The notes: a model not told the origin generated them from the sequence alone. A stretch of 64,000 bases of DNA from Croceimicrobium sp. (GCA_965279135.1 OZ257133.1:475274-539273); one strand, 5' to 3'. Counted from the first letter of the stretch, positions 1 through 10,587 are shown. Made by a program: numbers and translations.

Positions 1-631
1 ATAACTGAGCCTTTGACTTCCCAATATTGAAAATCTGGGCACCAGGACCCGCACCACCGCCGCTCATTCGGCGCATGATGAAAATCCAGATTCCAATTAG
101 TAGGATAAATGGCAGAATATAAGCCAGTGCTTCGCCCCAGATATCCTTGCGCTCCTCAAAATCCGGGGTAATTCGTTTGTCTTTGAGTTCCGGATGTTGC
201 TCAAAGAAATAAGTCATGTTCTCCTTATAAGCCTCATAGGGCATTTCAAAGGTGAAATGTGGTCCATCAGGATTACTTAGAGGACCTTGCTCCAGGTCTT
301 TATATTCATCACGACCTGATTCTAGGGCTTCTTTGGTTAAGGAGATTTGTACAATCTTCTCATTGATAATCTTGACCTTTTCCACATCCCCTCTTTCGAT
401 CATGGTGGTGAACTCATCGAAGCTGGTACGTTGGATATTACCTCCAAAGCTGCTAAGGATTTGGATACCGATGAATATCAGCAGAATGATACCATATATC
501 CAGTAGTAGTTGAAACGACGTCGGGGATCGGGATTGTTATTTCCTCCGCCACCCGGCTTCTCGTTTGAGTTTCGGGAAAACTGCTCCTTCAATTTGCGCA
601 GTTGTTCCTTGTTATCTTTTTCGTTCTCCAT
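1..631 (-). CDS. ftsH: ATP-dependent zinc metalloprotease FtsH, N-terminal part (runs off the window's left edge)
   Basis: Not in the ORF track. My minus-strand translation from the ATG at 629-631 reads MENEKDNKEQLRKL...GGGGNNNPDPRRRFNYYWIYGIILLIF...LPFILLIGIWIFIMRRMSGGGAGPGAQIFNIGKSKAQL. That gives two TM helices around a periplasmic domain and the FtsH IFNIGKSKA motif. It lies downstream of rsfS, as is common. Confidence 0.85.
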   Translation of the reverse strand, partial: MENEKDNKEQLRKLKEQFSRNSNEKPGGGGNNNPDPRRRFNYYWIYGIILLIFIGIQILSSFGGNIQRTSFDEFTTMIERGDVEKVKIINEKIVQISLTKEALESGRDEYKDLEQGPLSNPDGPHFTFEMPYEAYKENMTYFFEQHPELKDKRITPDFEERKDIWGEALAYILPFILLIGIWIFIMRRMSGGGAGPGAQIFNIGKSKAQL

Positions 632-644
632 TTTTGTTTTAGTC

Positions 645-1019
645 TTAGTGATTGGCTTCAATTATTTGAAGCTCAGCATCGCCCCAGAGGCTTTCTAAAT
701 CGTAGAATTTACGGGTGGCAGGTTGAAAAATATGTACCACCGTATCCACGTAATCCATTAAAATCCATTCTGCATTTTCTAATCCTTCAACGTGCCAGGG
801 CTTTTCTTTTAGATTTTCACGCACTCGTTTTTCCACTGAATTACTGATTGCCTTCACTTGCGTGTTGGAACTTCCTTCTCCAATAACAAAAAAAGAGCAT
901 ATAGAGTTTTCGATATTTCGCATATCAAGGACAGTAATGTTTGAGGCTTTCAAATCATCCATCCCTTCTACGATTTCATCAACCAGTTTCGAAAAAGTCG
1001 TTTGCGTCATTAAATACAT
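645..1019 (-). CDS. rsfS: ribosome silencing factor RsfS (iojap family)
   Basis: 124 aa containing ...VLDMR...FFVIGEGSSNTQVKAI...W...EGLENAEWILMDYVDTVVHIF..., typical of RsfS. Confidence 0.9.
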   Translation of the reverse strand: MYLMTQTTFSKLVDEIVEGMDDLKASNITVLDMRNIENSICSFFVIGEGSSNTQVKAISNSVEKRVRENLKEKPWHVEGLENAEWILMDYVDTVVHIFQPATRKFYDLESLWGDAELQIIEANH

Positions 1020-1083
1020 TTAATTTGAGGGCAAAATTAAGCATTGTCGTCAAGGTGCTTGGCTCTATTTTCATTTAAGCCTT

Positions 1084-1833
1084 ATGAACACCCAATTGAT
1101 TGCCAGAGAGTATCAGGTTTTATCAGAAGTAGATAGCACTAACAGCACTCTTAAGGAAATGGCGACGCAACAAAATTTGCCCGAAGGCTTTTGCTTGCTC
1201 AGTAATTACCAAAGATCAGGCCGAGGACAATATGGCAAAGATTGGGAATCAAGCCCAGGACAAAACTTGCTGATGAGCCTTTTCTTGAAGCCCAACTATC
1301 TGCCAGCTTCAGAATCCTACCGATTAACTATGTCAGTTTGTCTTGCACTTTGGGATTTAGGAAACGAGTTGGGATTAGAGACCTGTATCAAATGGCCGAA
1401 TGATTGGTTAATCGAAAATCGAAAATTGGCTGGAGTACTAGCAGAATCTAATTTAAGAGGGCCTAGAATGGAGACCTGCATTGTCGGTATAGGTATCAAC
1501 GTTTTACAGAAGGAGTTTCCCTATCCTAATGCCAGTAGCCTCAGCTTGGAGCTCAAAAGAGATCCAGAGATTATGGATTTGTTTAGTCAGTTCGCTACTC
1601 ATTTAGATTTCCGTTATGCACAGCTCCGATTTCAGCAATGGGATAGTCAACACCGGGAGTTTGAACAGATCCTTTATGGTAAAGAAAACTTCGTCCCCGT
1701 TTTAAGAAACGGCGAAAAGCTCTATTTGCGATGCGTGGGCGTTAAGCCTGATGGTGAGTTACTCGTTGTTTGGAAAGGGGGGAGACGAGAAACTTTACGG
1801 CACCAGGATGTGAAATTCTTGTTGCAAGATTAA
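1084..1833 (+). CDS. birA: biotin--[acetyl-CoA-carboxylase] ligase (no N-terminal HTH)
   Basis: Contains QRSGRGQYGKDWES, KWPNDW and KLAGVL, which are BPL/LplA-family motifs. Confidence 0.85.
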   Translation: MNTQLIAREYQVLSEVDSTNSTLKEMATQQNLPEGFCLLSNYQRSGRGQYGKDWESSPGQNLLMSLFLKPNYLPASESYRLTMSVCLALWDLGNELGLETCIKWPNDWLIENRKLAGVLAESNLRGPRMETCIVGIGINVLQKEFPYPNASSLSLELKRDPEIMDLFSQFATHLDFRYAQLRFQQWDSQHREFEQILYGKENFVPVLRNGEKLYLRCVGVKPDGELLVVWKGGRRETLRHQDVKFLLQD

Positions 1834-2237
1834 AGCTGACTGGTGCTCTCGGCCAGGTCTTCGATAAAGCGAGTCAAGGGTCGTTCGACCATCATCTTCA
1901 TCATGGGGTTAAAGTTGCCTTCAAAAAGGTACTTAACCTTGGTGCTTCCTTCACTCTCACTTAGAACAGTGCTTAAGGTGAAATCCAGTTTCGAGCTGGC
2001 GGCTTTAAATTTTAATAAGTCTGGTTTTCGCACCTCATCTATTAAGAGTCTAACGTCAGGCATTCCTCTGAGGCCGAAAACGAAAGTGTTTTCATCAGCC
2101 TCAAATCGTTCCACAGATTCAGGCATCACCAACTTCATATTGTTCAGGTCTTCCATGAGGCTAAAGAATTCTTCAGCAGTCTTTGAGATCTGAACTTCTT
2201 TCGATTCTATATTCATATTAATTCGCTTGCCATACAC
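1830..2237 (-). CDS. hypothetical protein, SRPBCC/CoxG-like (tentative)
   Basis: 135-aa ORF overlapping the pyrE end by 20 nt. The composition is coding-like. The fold assignment is only an impression. Confidence 0.45.
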   Translation of the reverse strand: MYGKRINMNIESKEVQISKTAEEFFSLMEDLNNMKLVMPESVERFEADENTFVFGLRGMPDVRLLIDEVRKPDLLKFKAASSKLDFTLSTVLSESEGSTKVKYLFEGNFNPMMKMMVERPLTRFIEDLAESTSQL

Positions 2238-2862
2238 TGGGGTCTTCTCTCCAGCTTATGAGGGTTTCAAATGTTTCTTTGTCTAGATTACCGCTTTGCG
2301 TTAACGCTTCAAGTAAATGGGGATAATCACTTAAGGTGTGCAGATCCAGATTCGCATTGCTAAAATTTGTTTCTGCCACTCGGAAGGCATAAGTGAATAA
2401 GGCAATCATGCCTAATACTTCTGCACCTTGATTTCGAAGTACTTCTACAACTTTGAGGCTACTGCCACCAGTTGAAATGAGGTCTTCAACCACTACTACT
2501 TTACTGTTTTTAGGTAGCTCTCCTTCAATTTGATTTTGTCGCCCGTGTTTCTTGGGCTCAGGACGCACGTAAATAAAGGGAAGGGCTAAGGCATCTGCCA
2601 CTAAAGCACCAATGGCGATTGCACCGGTAGCAACACCCACTACTACTTCTGCTTGAGGATACAAATCCTTTAGTGCAGCAGCGAGCTTGTCCTTTAGGAA
2701 GTTACGAAGATCTGGGTAGCTTAAGGTGATTCGGTTATCGCAATAAATAGGAGATTTCCATCCACTGGCCCAGGTAAAGGGTTCTTTGGGTTGCAGTTTT
2801 ATTGCCTTAATTTGCATCAGCTTTTCGGCTGTCTCATGCGCGGTTGAAGGGTCCAAAATCAT
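2218..2862 (-). CDS. pyrE: orotate phosphoribosyltransferase
   Basis: Contains FTWASGWKSPIYCDNR and the PRPP-binding loop VVVVEDLISTGGS. Confidence 0.92.
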   Translation of the reverse strand: MILDPSTAHETAEKLMQIKAIKLQPKEPFTWASGWKSPIYCDNRITLSYPDLRNFLKDKLAAALKDLYPQAEVVVGVATGAIAIGALVADALALPFIYVRPEPKKHGRQNQIEGELPKNSKVVVVEDLISTGGSSLKVVEVLRNQGAEVLGMIALFTYAFRVAETNFSNANLDLHTLSDYPHLLEALTQSGNLDKETFETLISWREDPSVWQAN

Positions 2863-3472
2863 GGCTCAAATGTATAAAGTTTTCATCAAGGATTCGCTTC
2901 TATGTATAGGCGATGAGCCTCGTCCTGGGGCCATTGATTTTTTAGGCGAAGAACAGATGATGAACTTGGTTCGCTCTCGTTTAGAGCAGCCTGCAAAACC
3001 GGTGTACGTCTTTGCTCGAAATTTGAAAGAAGTATGGGCCAGATTCAAATCGAATTTTAAGCTAATAGAAGCTGCAGGAGGTGCAGTTCTAAATCCAGAG
3101 CATAAGCTATTGATGATCTACCGACTGGGTAAATGGGATTTACCTAAAGGGAAGATCGAATTTGGTGAGCCCAAAGAAATGGCCGCATCACGAGAGGTCG
3201 AGGAGGAGACCGGTGTTCCAAGGCCAGAGATTGTTGGTATTCTGCCGACTACTTATCATGTTTATGAACTTGAAGGAAGACTAATCCTCAAGCGAACTTA
3301 TTGGTATGCCATGCGCATAGCAAATGGTTTTGATTTTTTGGTTCCTCAACTAGAAGAGGATATTCTTGATGCCACCTGGTGCGGGCCACAACAGATTTTG
3401 GAAAACCGAAAGAACACCTATGCGAACATTGCATTGGTTCTGGATGCCTTGCAGGAAGAAGAAATGCTTTAG
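2861..3472 (+). CDS. NUDIX hydrolase
   Basis: Nudix box GKIEFGEPKEMAASREVEEETGV. I prefer the ATG at 2861 (MAQMYKV) over the track start at 2786, which lies inside pyrE. Confidence 0.8.
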   Translation: MAQMYKVFIKDSLLCIGDEPRPGAIDFLGEEQMMNLVRSRLEQPAKPVYVFARNLKEVWARFKSNFKLIEAAGGAVLNPEHKLLMIYRLGKWDLPKGKIEFGEPKEMAASREVEEETGVPRPEIVGILPTTYHVYELEGRLILKRTYWYAMRIANGFDFLVPQLEEDILDATWCGPQQILENRKNTYANIALVLDALQEEEML

Positions 3473-3930
3473 TCTTTTAAGCGGACAGCGGTTGGAACAA
3501 ATTGACCGTAATCCCCCTCATTTCGAATTACATCCCTTACGATGCTACTGCTAATAGAAGATAAGCCAGAAGCGGTAAGCAAAAAGACGGTCTCTAAATC
3601 GCCTTTCAATTTGCGGTTCGTTTGGGCGATAGCCTTTTCAAACTCGAAGTCAGCAGGATTGCGCAATCCTCTTAAAATGAAATTGGCTCCTACTTGCTCA
3701 CAGTATCGAGTTGTTAAACCGCTATAGCGATCTACACTAATCTTAGGCTCTGACTTAAAGGTTTCTTCGATCCAGGCAACTCTTTGCTCCTCTGTAAACA
3801 TGTAGGCCTTATTGGCATTTCTGCCTACCGCAACAATGATCTTATCAAAAAGGGGTACCGCCCGGCTTACAATATCAACATGCCCCAGGGTAATGGGGTC
3901 GAAGGAACCAGGAAATACGGCGATCTTCAT
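3469..3930 (-). CDS. coaD: phosphopantetheine adenylyltransferase
   Basis: MKIAVFPGSFDPITLGHVDIV... with ISSSIVR near the C-terminus. I chose the start at M33 of the track ORF (3930). Confidence 0.92.
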   Translation of the reverse strand: MKIAVFPGSFDPITLGHVDIVSRAVPLFDKIIVAVGRNANKAYMFTEEQRVAWIEETFKSEPKISVDRYSGLTTRYCEQVGANFILRGLRNPADFEFEKAIAQTNRKLKGDLETVFLLTASGLSSISSSIVRDVIRNEGDYGQFVPTAVRLKD

Positions 3931-3934
3931 GTTT

Positions 3935-4912
3935 CTAAGATAGGGTTTTTTCAATGCTGGAACGGAAGAGGGTAGGCAGATCAATACCCGCATAAACCGC
4001 TTGTTTGGGTAATAAGCTCTCTTCACTAAAGCCGGGAACTGTATTTACCTCAATTAAGACGGGTTTACCATTCTCATCAAGAATGTAATCGATTCGGGCT
4101 AGTCCCTTTAATTCCAGTAAGCGATAAACCTCTTCAGTTTCTCTCATGATGAGCTCGTAGGTTTCGGTATCGATATGGGCGGGAGTGATTTCTTCGGTAG
4201 ACCCGTCATATTTAGACTCAAAATCAAAATACTCACCCGGAGGTTTGATATGAGTAATGGCCAGGGACTTGATTTCACCACTGTGATCGCTTACTCCGCA
4301 AGCTAGCTCCAGTCCTGGGATCGCCGATTCGATAATTACCTTATGATCAATCTCTTTTGCTTTTTGAATTGCAGCGGATAGGTCCTCAGCTTTCGTTACC
4401 CGACTCACTCCCAATGATGATCCACTACGGCAGGGTTTCACAAAACATGGTAGGCCTAGCCTTTCAATAATTTCCTCTTCGCTAATATTTGGCTCACCAT
4501 GGAGGAATACGCTTGTGGCTACTCTAAAACCATAGCGATCCAATAGAATATTGCACTCGGCTTTATTAAAGGTCAATGCACTGGCAAACTGTCCTGAACT
4601 GGAATAGGGTAAACCCAGCATGTCGAAATATCCCGCTAAGGGTCCATCTTCTCCAGGGTTTCCATGAACGGCATTAAAAACCGCATCGAATTTTACTTTT
4701 CGATCGCCAATCTCAAAGCTAAAATCATCCTTATTAATCGGGAATCGGTTTTCAGTAGCGTCTAGTGCTTCCCATCCTGATTCTTTGATCTCAACCTTGA
4801 ACAGTTCAAATCCCTGATTAACAAGACTGTTGTATACCACATTCCCACTAGCAATGGATACATCGTATTCTCCGGAATAACCACCCATAAGAATGCCAAT
4901 GGTTTTCATCAT
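3935..4912 (-). CDS. ddl: D-alanine--D-alanine ligase
   Basis: GGYSGEYDVSIASG, HGNPGEDG and EVNTVPG are ATP-grasp Ddl motifs. Confidence 0.92.
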   Translation of the reverse strand: MMKTIGILMGGYSGEYDVSIASGNVVYNSLVNQGFELFKVEIKESGWEALDATENRFPINKDDFSFEIGDRKVKFDAVFNAVHGNPGEDGPLAGYFDMLGLPYSSSGQFASALTFNKAECNILLDRYGFRVATSVFLHGEPNISEEEIIERLGLPCFVKPCRSGSSLGVSRVTKAEDLSAAIQKAKEIDHKVIIESAIPGLELACGVSDHSGEIKSLAITHIKPPGEYFDFESKYDGSTEEITPAHIDTETYELIMRETEEVYRLLELKGLARIDYILDENGKPVLIEVNTVPGFSEESLLPKQAVYAGIDLPTLFRSSIEKTLS

Positions 4913-5355
4913 TCCTGTTCTTTACTCATTTTTATTAATCTGGCTTGAAGGTCGGGGTCTACTTCCAGGGTCAGTTTAAAGTGCTGGTATTTGTCCTCGT
5001 TCCAGTCATAGGGAGCCATCTCATCTTGTAGATGCTGCCTCATTCTTTGTTTTAGACTGGCCCTGTAGGTCATCAGTTCATTGAACCTTGAGGCGTAGTT
5101 AGTATCGAGTTGGGGCTTAAGCTTTTCCCATGAACCCGCCTTTTTGAGTGCAGCCATAGTTTGTCCCATGTCCTCTTCACTAATCTGCAATTCTTCCTGC
5201 ATTCTCTTTGCATAAGTTGCTGCCTGAGTTTGATGGGCGTACATAGCGGAACTAATCTTTAGATAGTCCTGAAGATCTTCATCGGTATAGGCTTCACTGT
5301 TTTGACCGAAGCAGAGTACAGGAAGCAAAATGGAAAGAGTTAATAGGAATCTCAT
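4909..5355 (-). CDS. secreted hypothetical protein (DUF4168-like)
   Basis: N-terminal signal peptide MRFLLTLSILLPVLCFG followed by helical, charged sequence. Translationally coupled to ddl. Confidence 0.55.
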   Translation of the reverse strand: MRFLLTLSILLPVLCFGQNSEAYTDEDLQDYLKISSAMYAHQTQAATYAKRMQEELQISEEDMGQTMAALKKAGSWEKLKPQLDTNYASRFNELMTYRASLKQRMRQHLQDEMAPYDWNEDKYQHFKLTLEVDPDLQARLIKMSKEQE

Positions 5356-6194
5356 CAGTCAAGCAATCCAAATACTAAGGCCAATAGATCATTTACCCTG
5401 GCGGCTGGGTCATTGCGAATAGCTGTTTCTTCTTCCCCCATCTTATCATAAAGGCCATCCAGAGCTTTATTGGTGGTATATGCGGAGAGGTCATCTGCCT
5501 GAATAGTGCTAAGACCTGAAAGGCTGCCAATATTCCCAAAACCCGGAATTCCAATCGCTAGTATATCATTATAATCCTGCACAAAGTTTTCATAGGAGCG
5601 CGTAACACTTAAGCCTCCAATTGTTATCGCCTCAAGTGTACTATCAACCTTAGGCTCATACGCTTGATAAAGTTGTGGCCCGGTGCTGGTGCGCAGATAA
5701 GAGGTTGCAGAGGTATCGTTGCCACTAAATAGAATGGAGCTTGCGTCAATAATCCCCATGTTTGTAATGGCATCTCTAAAAATCGGTTTTGCAGTGCCTG
5801 CGGCACTTTCAGCCGCACGATTTATTCCTTCTACTACTTGATCTTCGGTAGCTTTTAAACCTGGAATGGTAATTCCTAAAATTGAGGTTCCATTGTAGAG
5901 TTGTTCACCGGTTACGGTCGTGAAACCCACGTTGAAGTTTGTGGATCGCAAGGAGTTAATAGCAATTTGGGTTCCTAAAGGCATGTCTAATTTTACATCC
6001 GGATCACCATAGTAACCATTGAATTGCGATAGCTGAGCTATAGAAGTATCAGCACTAACATCTAAAGCCATTTTTAATCCATCAATAATTTGCGCGGTGC
6101 TTAAATCTCCATTAATCACATCCGTGAGGGTGTCTGTATCGCAGGAGACGAAGAATAGCGGGCTAAAGGCTAGTATCCAAAAAATCTTCTTCAT
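5355..6194 (-). CDS. DUF4197-like lipoprotein
   Basis: Lipobox FFVSC followed by GLKMALDVSADTSIAQLS-type sequence. Confidence 0.6.
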   Translation of the reverse strand: MKKIFWILAFSPLFFVSCDTDTLTDVINGDLSTAQIIDGLKMALDVSADTSIAQLSQFNGYYGDPDVKLDMPLGTQIAINSLRSTNFNVGFTTVTGEQLYNGTSILGITIPGLKATEDQVVEGINRAAESAAGTAKPIFRDAITNMGIIDASSILFSGNDTSATSYLRTSTGPQLYQAYEPKVDSTLEAITIGGLSVTRSYENFVQDYNDILAIGIPGFGNIGSLSGLSTIQADDLSAYTTNKALDGLYDKMGEEETAIRNDPAARVNDLLALVFGLLD

Positions 6195-6214
6195 AGGGTG
6201 AAATTTCTACAAAT

Positions 6215-7300
6215 CTAAAAATCAAGTGTGAGTTGTTGTGCTTTTGGCGTTTTATCCTTGCCAAAATTGGAAAGGGATAATCCCATCAGTCGAATGGCTT
6301 CACCGCGATATTCCTTTTGCAAAAGCTCTTGAGCAGTTTTATATAAGGTCTCCCGATTATTTGTAAAATGAAGAAGGCTGTGGCTGCGCGTAATGGTTTC
6401 GAAATTCTGGCTTTTTAATTTTAGAGTAACGGTTTTACCTTTAAGTTCAGAGGATGCAATACGCTTATACCAGATTTCGAAAATATTCTCGAATGCACCT
6501 TCCACTTCAGTAAGCCCTTTCAGATCATGGTCAAAGGTTCGCTCTGCTCCCAGGGATTTTCGCGCTCTGAAGGGCTTAACTATGCTTGTTTGACGCCCTC
6601 GTACGATGTTGTAATAATGATTGCCTGCTTTTCCGAATTCCTGTTTCAATAGGGCCAGGTCCCAGGTTTTCAGGTCTTTCCCGTAATGAATGCCCAGTCG
6701 TTTCATTTTTTCGGCAGTTTTAGCGCCAACTCCAAAGAACTTATCAATAGCCAGTTCTTCTAGAAATTGCAATGCCTCCTCTGGCATAATGGTCTTCTGT
6801 CCATTAGGCTTGTTTATATCGGAGGCCACCTTAGCCAGGAATTTATTGATGGATATTCCTGCAGAGGCATTAAGCTGAGTTTCGGACTTAATTTCCTCTC
6901 GAATTTTACGGGCGATCTTTGTTGCGCTGCTAATGCCCGCTTTGTTTTCGCTCACATCAAGGTAGGCCTCATCTAACGAAAGCGGTTCTACCAGATCAGT
7001 GTAGCGAAAGAAGATTTTGCGGATCTGTTGCGATACTTCCTGATACTTCCTAAAGTCAGGTTTCACGAAGATTATATCAGGGCAGCGTCGATAGGCAATT
7101 GCAGAGGCCATAGCGGAACGAACGCCAAACTTTCTTGCTTCATAGCTGGCGGCGGCTACTACCCCTCTTTCTCGCGATCCTCCAACGGCAATGGGCTTGC
7201 CTTTTAGCTCTGGCCTATCTCTTTGTTCAACAGAAGCGTAAAATGCATCCATATCAACATGAATGATTTTCCGGATATAGTCTTCTGGGATAGGCTCCAA
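6215..7300 (-). CDS. dinB: DNA polymerase IV (Y-family)
   Basis: IIHVDMDAFYASVEQRD, SLDEAYLDV and SAGISINKFLAKVAS. Confidence 0.93.
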   Translation of the reverse strand: MEPIPEDYIRKIIHVDMDAFYASVEQRDRPELKGKPIAVGGSRERGVVAAASYEARKFGVRSAMASAIAYRRCPDIIFVKPDFRKYQEVSQQIRKIFFRYTDLVEPLSLDEAYLDVSENKAGISSATKIARKIREEIKSETQLNASAGISINKFLAKVASDINKPNGQKTIMPEEALQFLEELAIDKFFGVGAKTAEKMKRLGIHYGKDLKTWDLALLKQEFGKAGNHYYNIVRGRQTSIVKPFRARKSLGAERTFDHDLKGLTEVEGAFENIFEIWYKRIASSELKGKTVTLKLKSQNFETITRSHSLLHFTNNRETLYKTAQELLQKEYRGEAIRLMGLSLSNFGKDKTPKAQQLTLDF

Positions 7301-7359
7301 ATTCGATTCAATTTTTGGCCTAATTTAGCAGGATTCCAGATTTTAAGAATCCTATTTCT

Positions 7360-10300
7360 ATGATTTACCGCACTCTGTTAATTCTTCTGGCTTTTAGTTA
7401 TTGGGCTTCTGCTCAAGAGTATAAGGCCATGATGTTAGATCCTCAGTATTCCATTCCGGAAGTTAAAGCTGCTGCTGAAGCATGGTTTGAGGCAAATGGC
7501 AAGGGAGAGGGCTCCGGCCATAAGGGATTTCAACGTTGGCTTTGGGCTAATGAGTTTAAATATGGGCCGGAAGGAAATCGCGCTGAGGTGGACCCCTATT
7601 TTGTTTCTAAGCAATGGCAAAGTATTCAAGCTAATATGGAACAGAGTGCATCCACACAATGGGTGGATATGGGTCCATACAGTATAGATAGCATTACTGG
7701 CCATTATAGTCCTGGCTTGGGTCGAGTTGAGTGCTTTTACGAGGACCCTAATGATTCCGATTATCTCTATCTGGGATCACGGAGCGGTGGCTTTTGGAAA
7801 AGTACTGACGGTGGTCAGAATTGGGCGAGTTCCACTACTGAATTTCTGGTAGCTACCGGCGTAAACACAATGACCGTTTCTCCTACAAATCGGGACTCGG
7901 TTCTTATTAATCTTAGAAATGCCCGCAATGGCACCAGTCATGGAATCTACCGTTCGGTTGATGGTGGGCAAACCTGGAATCAAACTCCTTTTAATCCTGT
8001 GAACCTTTCCTGGATGGGTATGGGAACAAGTGGGCAGGTTTATCAATTGGCTTATCATCCCAGCATTCCCAATCGAGTTTATGTGGGAACGAATGATGGG
8101 CTTTACATTTCTAATGATAATCTTCAAACCTGGACCAGAGTGTTGAGTCAGGCTAATGTTACTCATATCCAGTTTCACCCCACTGATACAGCGGTGGTAT
8201 ACATTTACGATGATTATTTCTGGGGACCTAATGGAGATGTGGTTCTGGTGTCAAATGACGGAGGGCTTACTTTCACTAGTAGTGCCACTTTAACAAATAA
8301 CAGTGGTTCAAATGTTGAAATTGCAGTGAGTCCTGATTGTCCAAATTGCCTTTACGCAGCATCTGCAAACGGGGTTTGGAAAAGCACCGATCAAGGAGGG
8401 AATTTTAAATTCATGACCAATCCTCCCGGAGTATGCGACGGTTTTGCAGTTAGCGATGTGGACACTTCTATCATGGTCTACGGTATGTTAGACATACATC
8501 GAAGTGATGACGGGGGTCAAAGTTTCAGTCAGGTTGCCGACTGGTTTATAAACGGACCTCAGGGGTTCAACAGTCCTCAATACGTTCATGCCGATCTGCG
8601 AGAGATTATCAGTCGAAATGGAGAGTTTATAATTGGGACGGATGGTTATCTGGCTCGAAGCACCAACACGGGTCAGGATTGGCAAAGACTCTCACGAGGT
8701 ACCGGCATTCGAGAAAACTATTCGATAGGTTTATCTCAAAGTGAGTCTTATAGTACCATGGCTGGCTCTCAGGATAATGGGACCAGTATTTACCGCAAAG
8801 AAGGCTGGGTTGAGTTTTATGGGGCGGATGGTATGGAGTCGATCATACATCCATTGAATCCAGAATGGATGATGGGAAGTGTGCAGTTTGGGACGCGACG
8901 TCTCACTTTCGATGCGGGCAGAACCCAGCAAGGAGCTACTCCTTCAGGACAATCGGGATCATGGGAAGCTCCACTTGATCGCAGCAGTACCGACCATTTT
9001 AAGATTTACCACTTTGGAGACAATATATACAGTAGCACTGATTACGGATTGAACTGGACCCAGGTAGGATCTCCATTGTTTACTAATGAAGTAGCAAGAG
9101 CTGCAATTGCTCCGAATGATGGAGATATACTAGCAGTTTCCTGGAGTAATGCCTTTCAAATGTCATTTAATGGAGGTCAGACATTTCGATTTAGGGGAAC
9201 CGGTTTACCTAATTCTACCATAACCGATATCGCTTTTGCCCCTCATTCCGATTCCATTATAATAGTTACTTACGGCACTCATCAGAACAATGGGAATAAG
9301 GTGTTTATCACCTATGATCAAGGAAACTCCTGGACAAATATCACCGCTAATTTGGGGGATATGCCAATCCGAACGGCTGTGATAGATGACAGTCCGGATC
9401 ACAACATTTACTTAGGAGCAGAAATAGGTGTTTATGTAAAGCCTTTGAACGGTAACAATTGGACTTTATACAATACTGGCTTGCCAAATATGACCGTCAC
9501 AGATCTGGAGATCATGCATGGAGCCAATCTACTTCGAGCCTCAACCTGGGGAAGAGGAATGTGGCAGATTTCCCTAAAAGATCGAGCCGCTTACCCTAAA
9601 ATTGCGGAAACCTATCTGGAGCATCGTGTAGGCTTTCAATCGCCCACCGACGTTATGGCCCAAAATGTTCGAGCCTTAATTTCCTACGGAGCAAATGTGG
9701 ATACGGTTTATTTGCATTGGTCTTTAAATTCCCTGAGCCTGGATAGTAGTATTGCTATGGTGAATCTGCGGGATTCGACTTGGCAAACCGTAAGACCTAT
9801 TCCGGCTCAAGCGGTAGGTGGAGATATCTACTTTAAAGTTTTTGCGGTAGGGGATCAAAATGACACATCAGCGACCTACCGTTTCCACTACCGGGTGCAG
9901 GATGAGGGATATTGCCAAACCGGTAACACCAGCACGTTTACGCCAAATTATATTGATGAGGTAATCCTTTCCAATCTTCAGCATACCAGCGGTCGTTCAG
10001 CCTATCGGGATTTCACCACATTATTTGCCAATTTGAATACCAATCAGACTTATACCTTGTCTGTTCACGTGCGCAATCCTGAACCGGGCGATAGGGTTTT
10101 GGCCTGGATAGACTACAATAATGATTCTGCCTTTGCGTGGGATGAGGCATTGCCGGTGGATCCTATTGATCCGCAGGATTATGCCTATGCAACCTTTACG
10201 GTACCTCAGTTTAGCGATGACGATACGGTAAGAATGCGGATTCGAATTATGCCGGATTACATTCAAGCTGACGCCTGTAACTTTTATGGGGGAGAAGCCG

Positions 10301-10587
10301 AAGACTATTCCATCGCTCTGATTGGCAACGGTTTATCAATTGACGATACTGACTTGAAGCAACCTAATGTTTATCCCAATCCCGCCAGAGATATCTTGAA
10401 TATTGAACTACCCATGGAGCATACTTATACCCATTATCGCATTCTAAGTATTGGCGGGAGACTTTTGTTAGATGGGAATTTGGATGATTCTTTTGTTTCG
10501 ATTAAAAGTCTGAGTGTAGGTCAGTATATAATCGAGTTGGAGGATGAAAGCGGAGAGACCTGGAGAACCAACTTTTTAAAGAACTAA
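7360..10587 (+). CDS. secreted BNR/Asp-box repeat protein with a GEVED-type domain and a T9SS C-terminal sorting domain
   Basis: Signal peptide. At least eight SxDxGxxW/F Asp-boxes (STDGGQNW, SVDGGQTW, SNDGGLTF, SDDGGQSF, STNTGQDW, STDYGLNW ...). GGEAEDYS motif. C-terminus VYPNPARDILNIEL... Confidence 0.8.
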   Translation: MIYRTLLILLAFSYWASAQEYKAMMLDPQYSIPEVKAAAEAWFEANGKGEGSGHKGFQRWLWANEFKYGPEGNRAEVDPYFVSKQWQSIQANMEQSASTQWVDMGPYSIDSITGHYSPGLGRVECFYEDPNDSDYLYLGSRSGGFWKSTDGGQNWASSTTEFLVATGVNTMTVSPTNRDSVLINLRNARNGTSHGIYRSVDGGQTWNQTPFNPVNLSWMGMGTSGQVYQLAYHPSIPNRVYVGTNDGLYISNDNLQTWTRVLSQANVTHIQFHPTDTAVVYIYDDYFWGPNGDVVLVSNDGGLTFTSSATLTNNSGSNVEIAVSPDCPNCLYAASANGVWKSTDQGGNFKFMTNPPGVCDGFAVSDVDTSIMVYGMLDIHRSDDGGQSFSQVADWFINGPQGFNSPQYVHADLREIISRNGEFIIGTDGYLARSTNTGQDWQRLSRGTGIRENYSIGLSQSESYSTMAGSQDNGTSIYRKEGWVEFYGADGMESIIHPLNPEWMMGSVQFGTRRLTFDAGRTQQGATPSGQSGSWEAPLDRSSTDHFKIYHFGDNIYSSTDYGLNWTQVGSPLFTNEVARAAIAPNDGDILAVSWSNAFQMSFNGGQTFRFRGTGLPNSTITDIAFAPHSDSIIIVTYGTHQNNGNKVFITYDQGNSWTNITANLGDMPIRTAVIDDSPDHNIYLGAEIGVYVKPLNGNNWTLYNTGLPNMTVTDLEIMHGANLLRASTWGRGMWQISLKDRAAYPKIAETYLEHRVGFQSPTDVMAQNVRALISYGANVDTVYLHWSLNSLSLDSSIAMVNLRDSTWQTVRPIPAQAVGGDIYFKVFAVGDQNDTSATYRFHYRVQDEGYCQTGNTSTFTPNYIDEVILSNLQHTSGRSAYRDFTTLFANLNTNQTYTLSVHVRNPEPGDRVLAWIDYNNDSAFAWDEALPVDPIDPQDYAYATFTVPQFSDDDTVRMRIRIMPDYIQADACNFYGGEAEDYSIALIGNGLSIDDTDLKQPNVYPNPARDILNIELPMEHTYTHYRILSIGGRLLLDGNLDDSFVSIKSLSVGQYIIELEDESGETWRTNFLKN

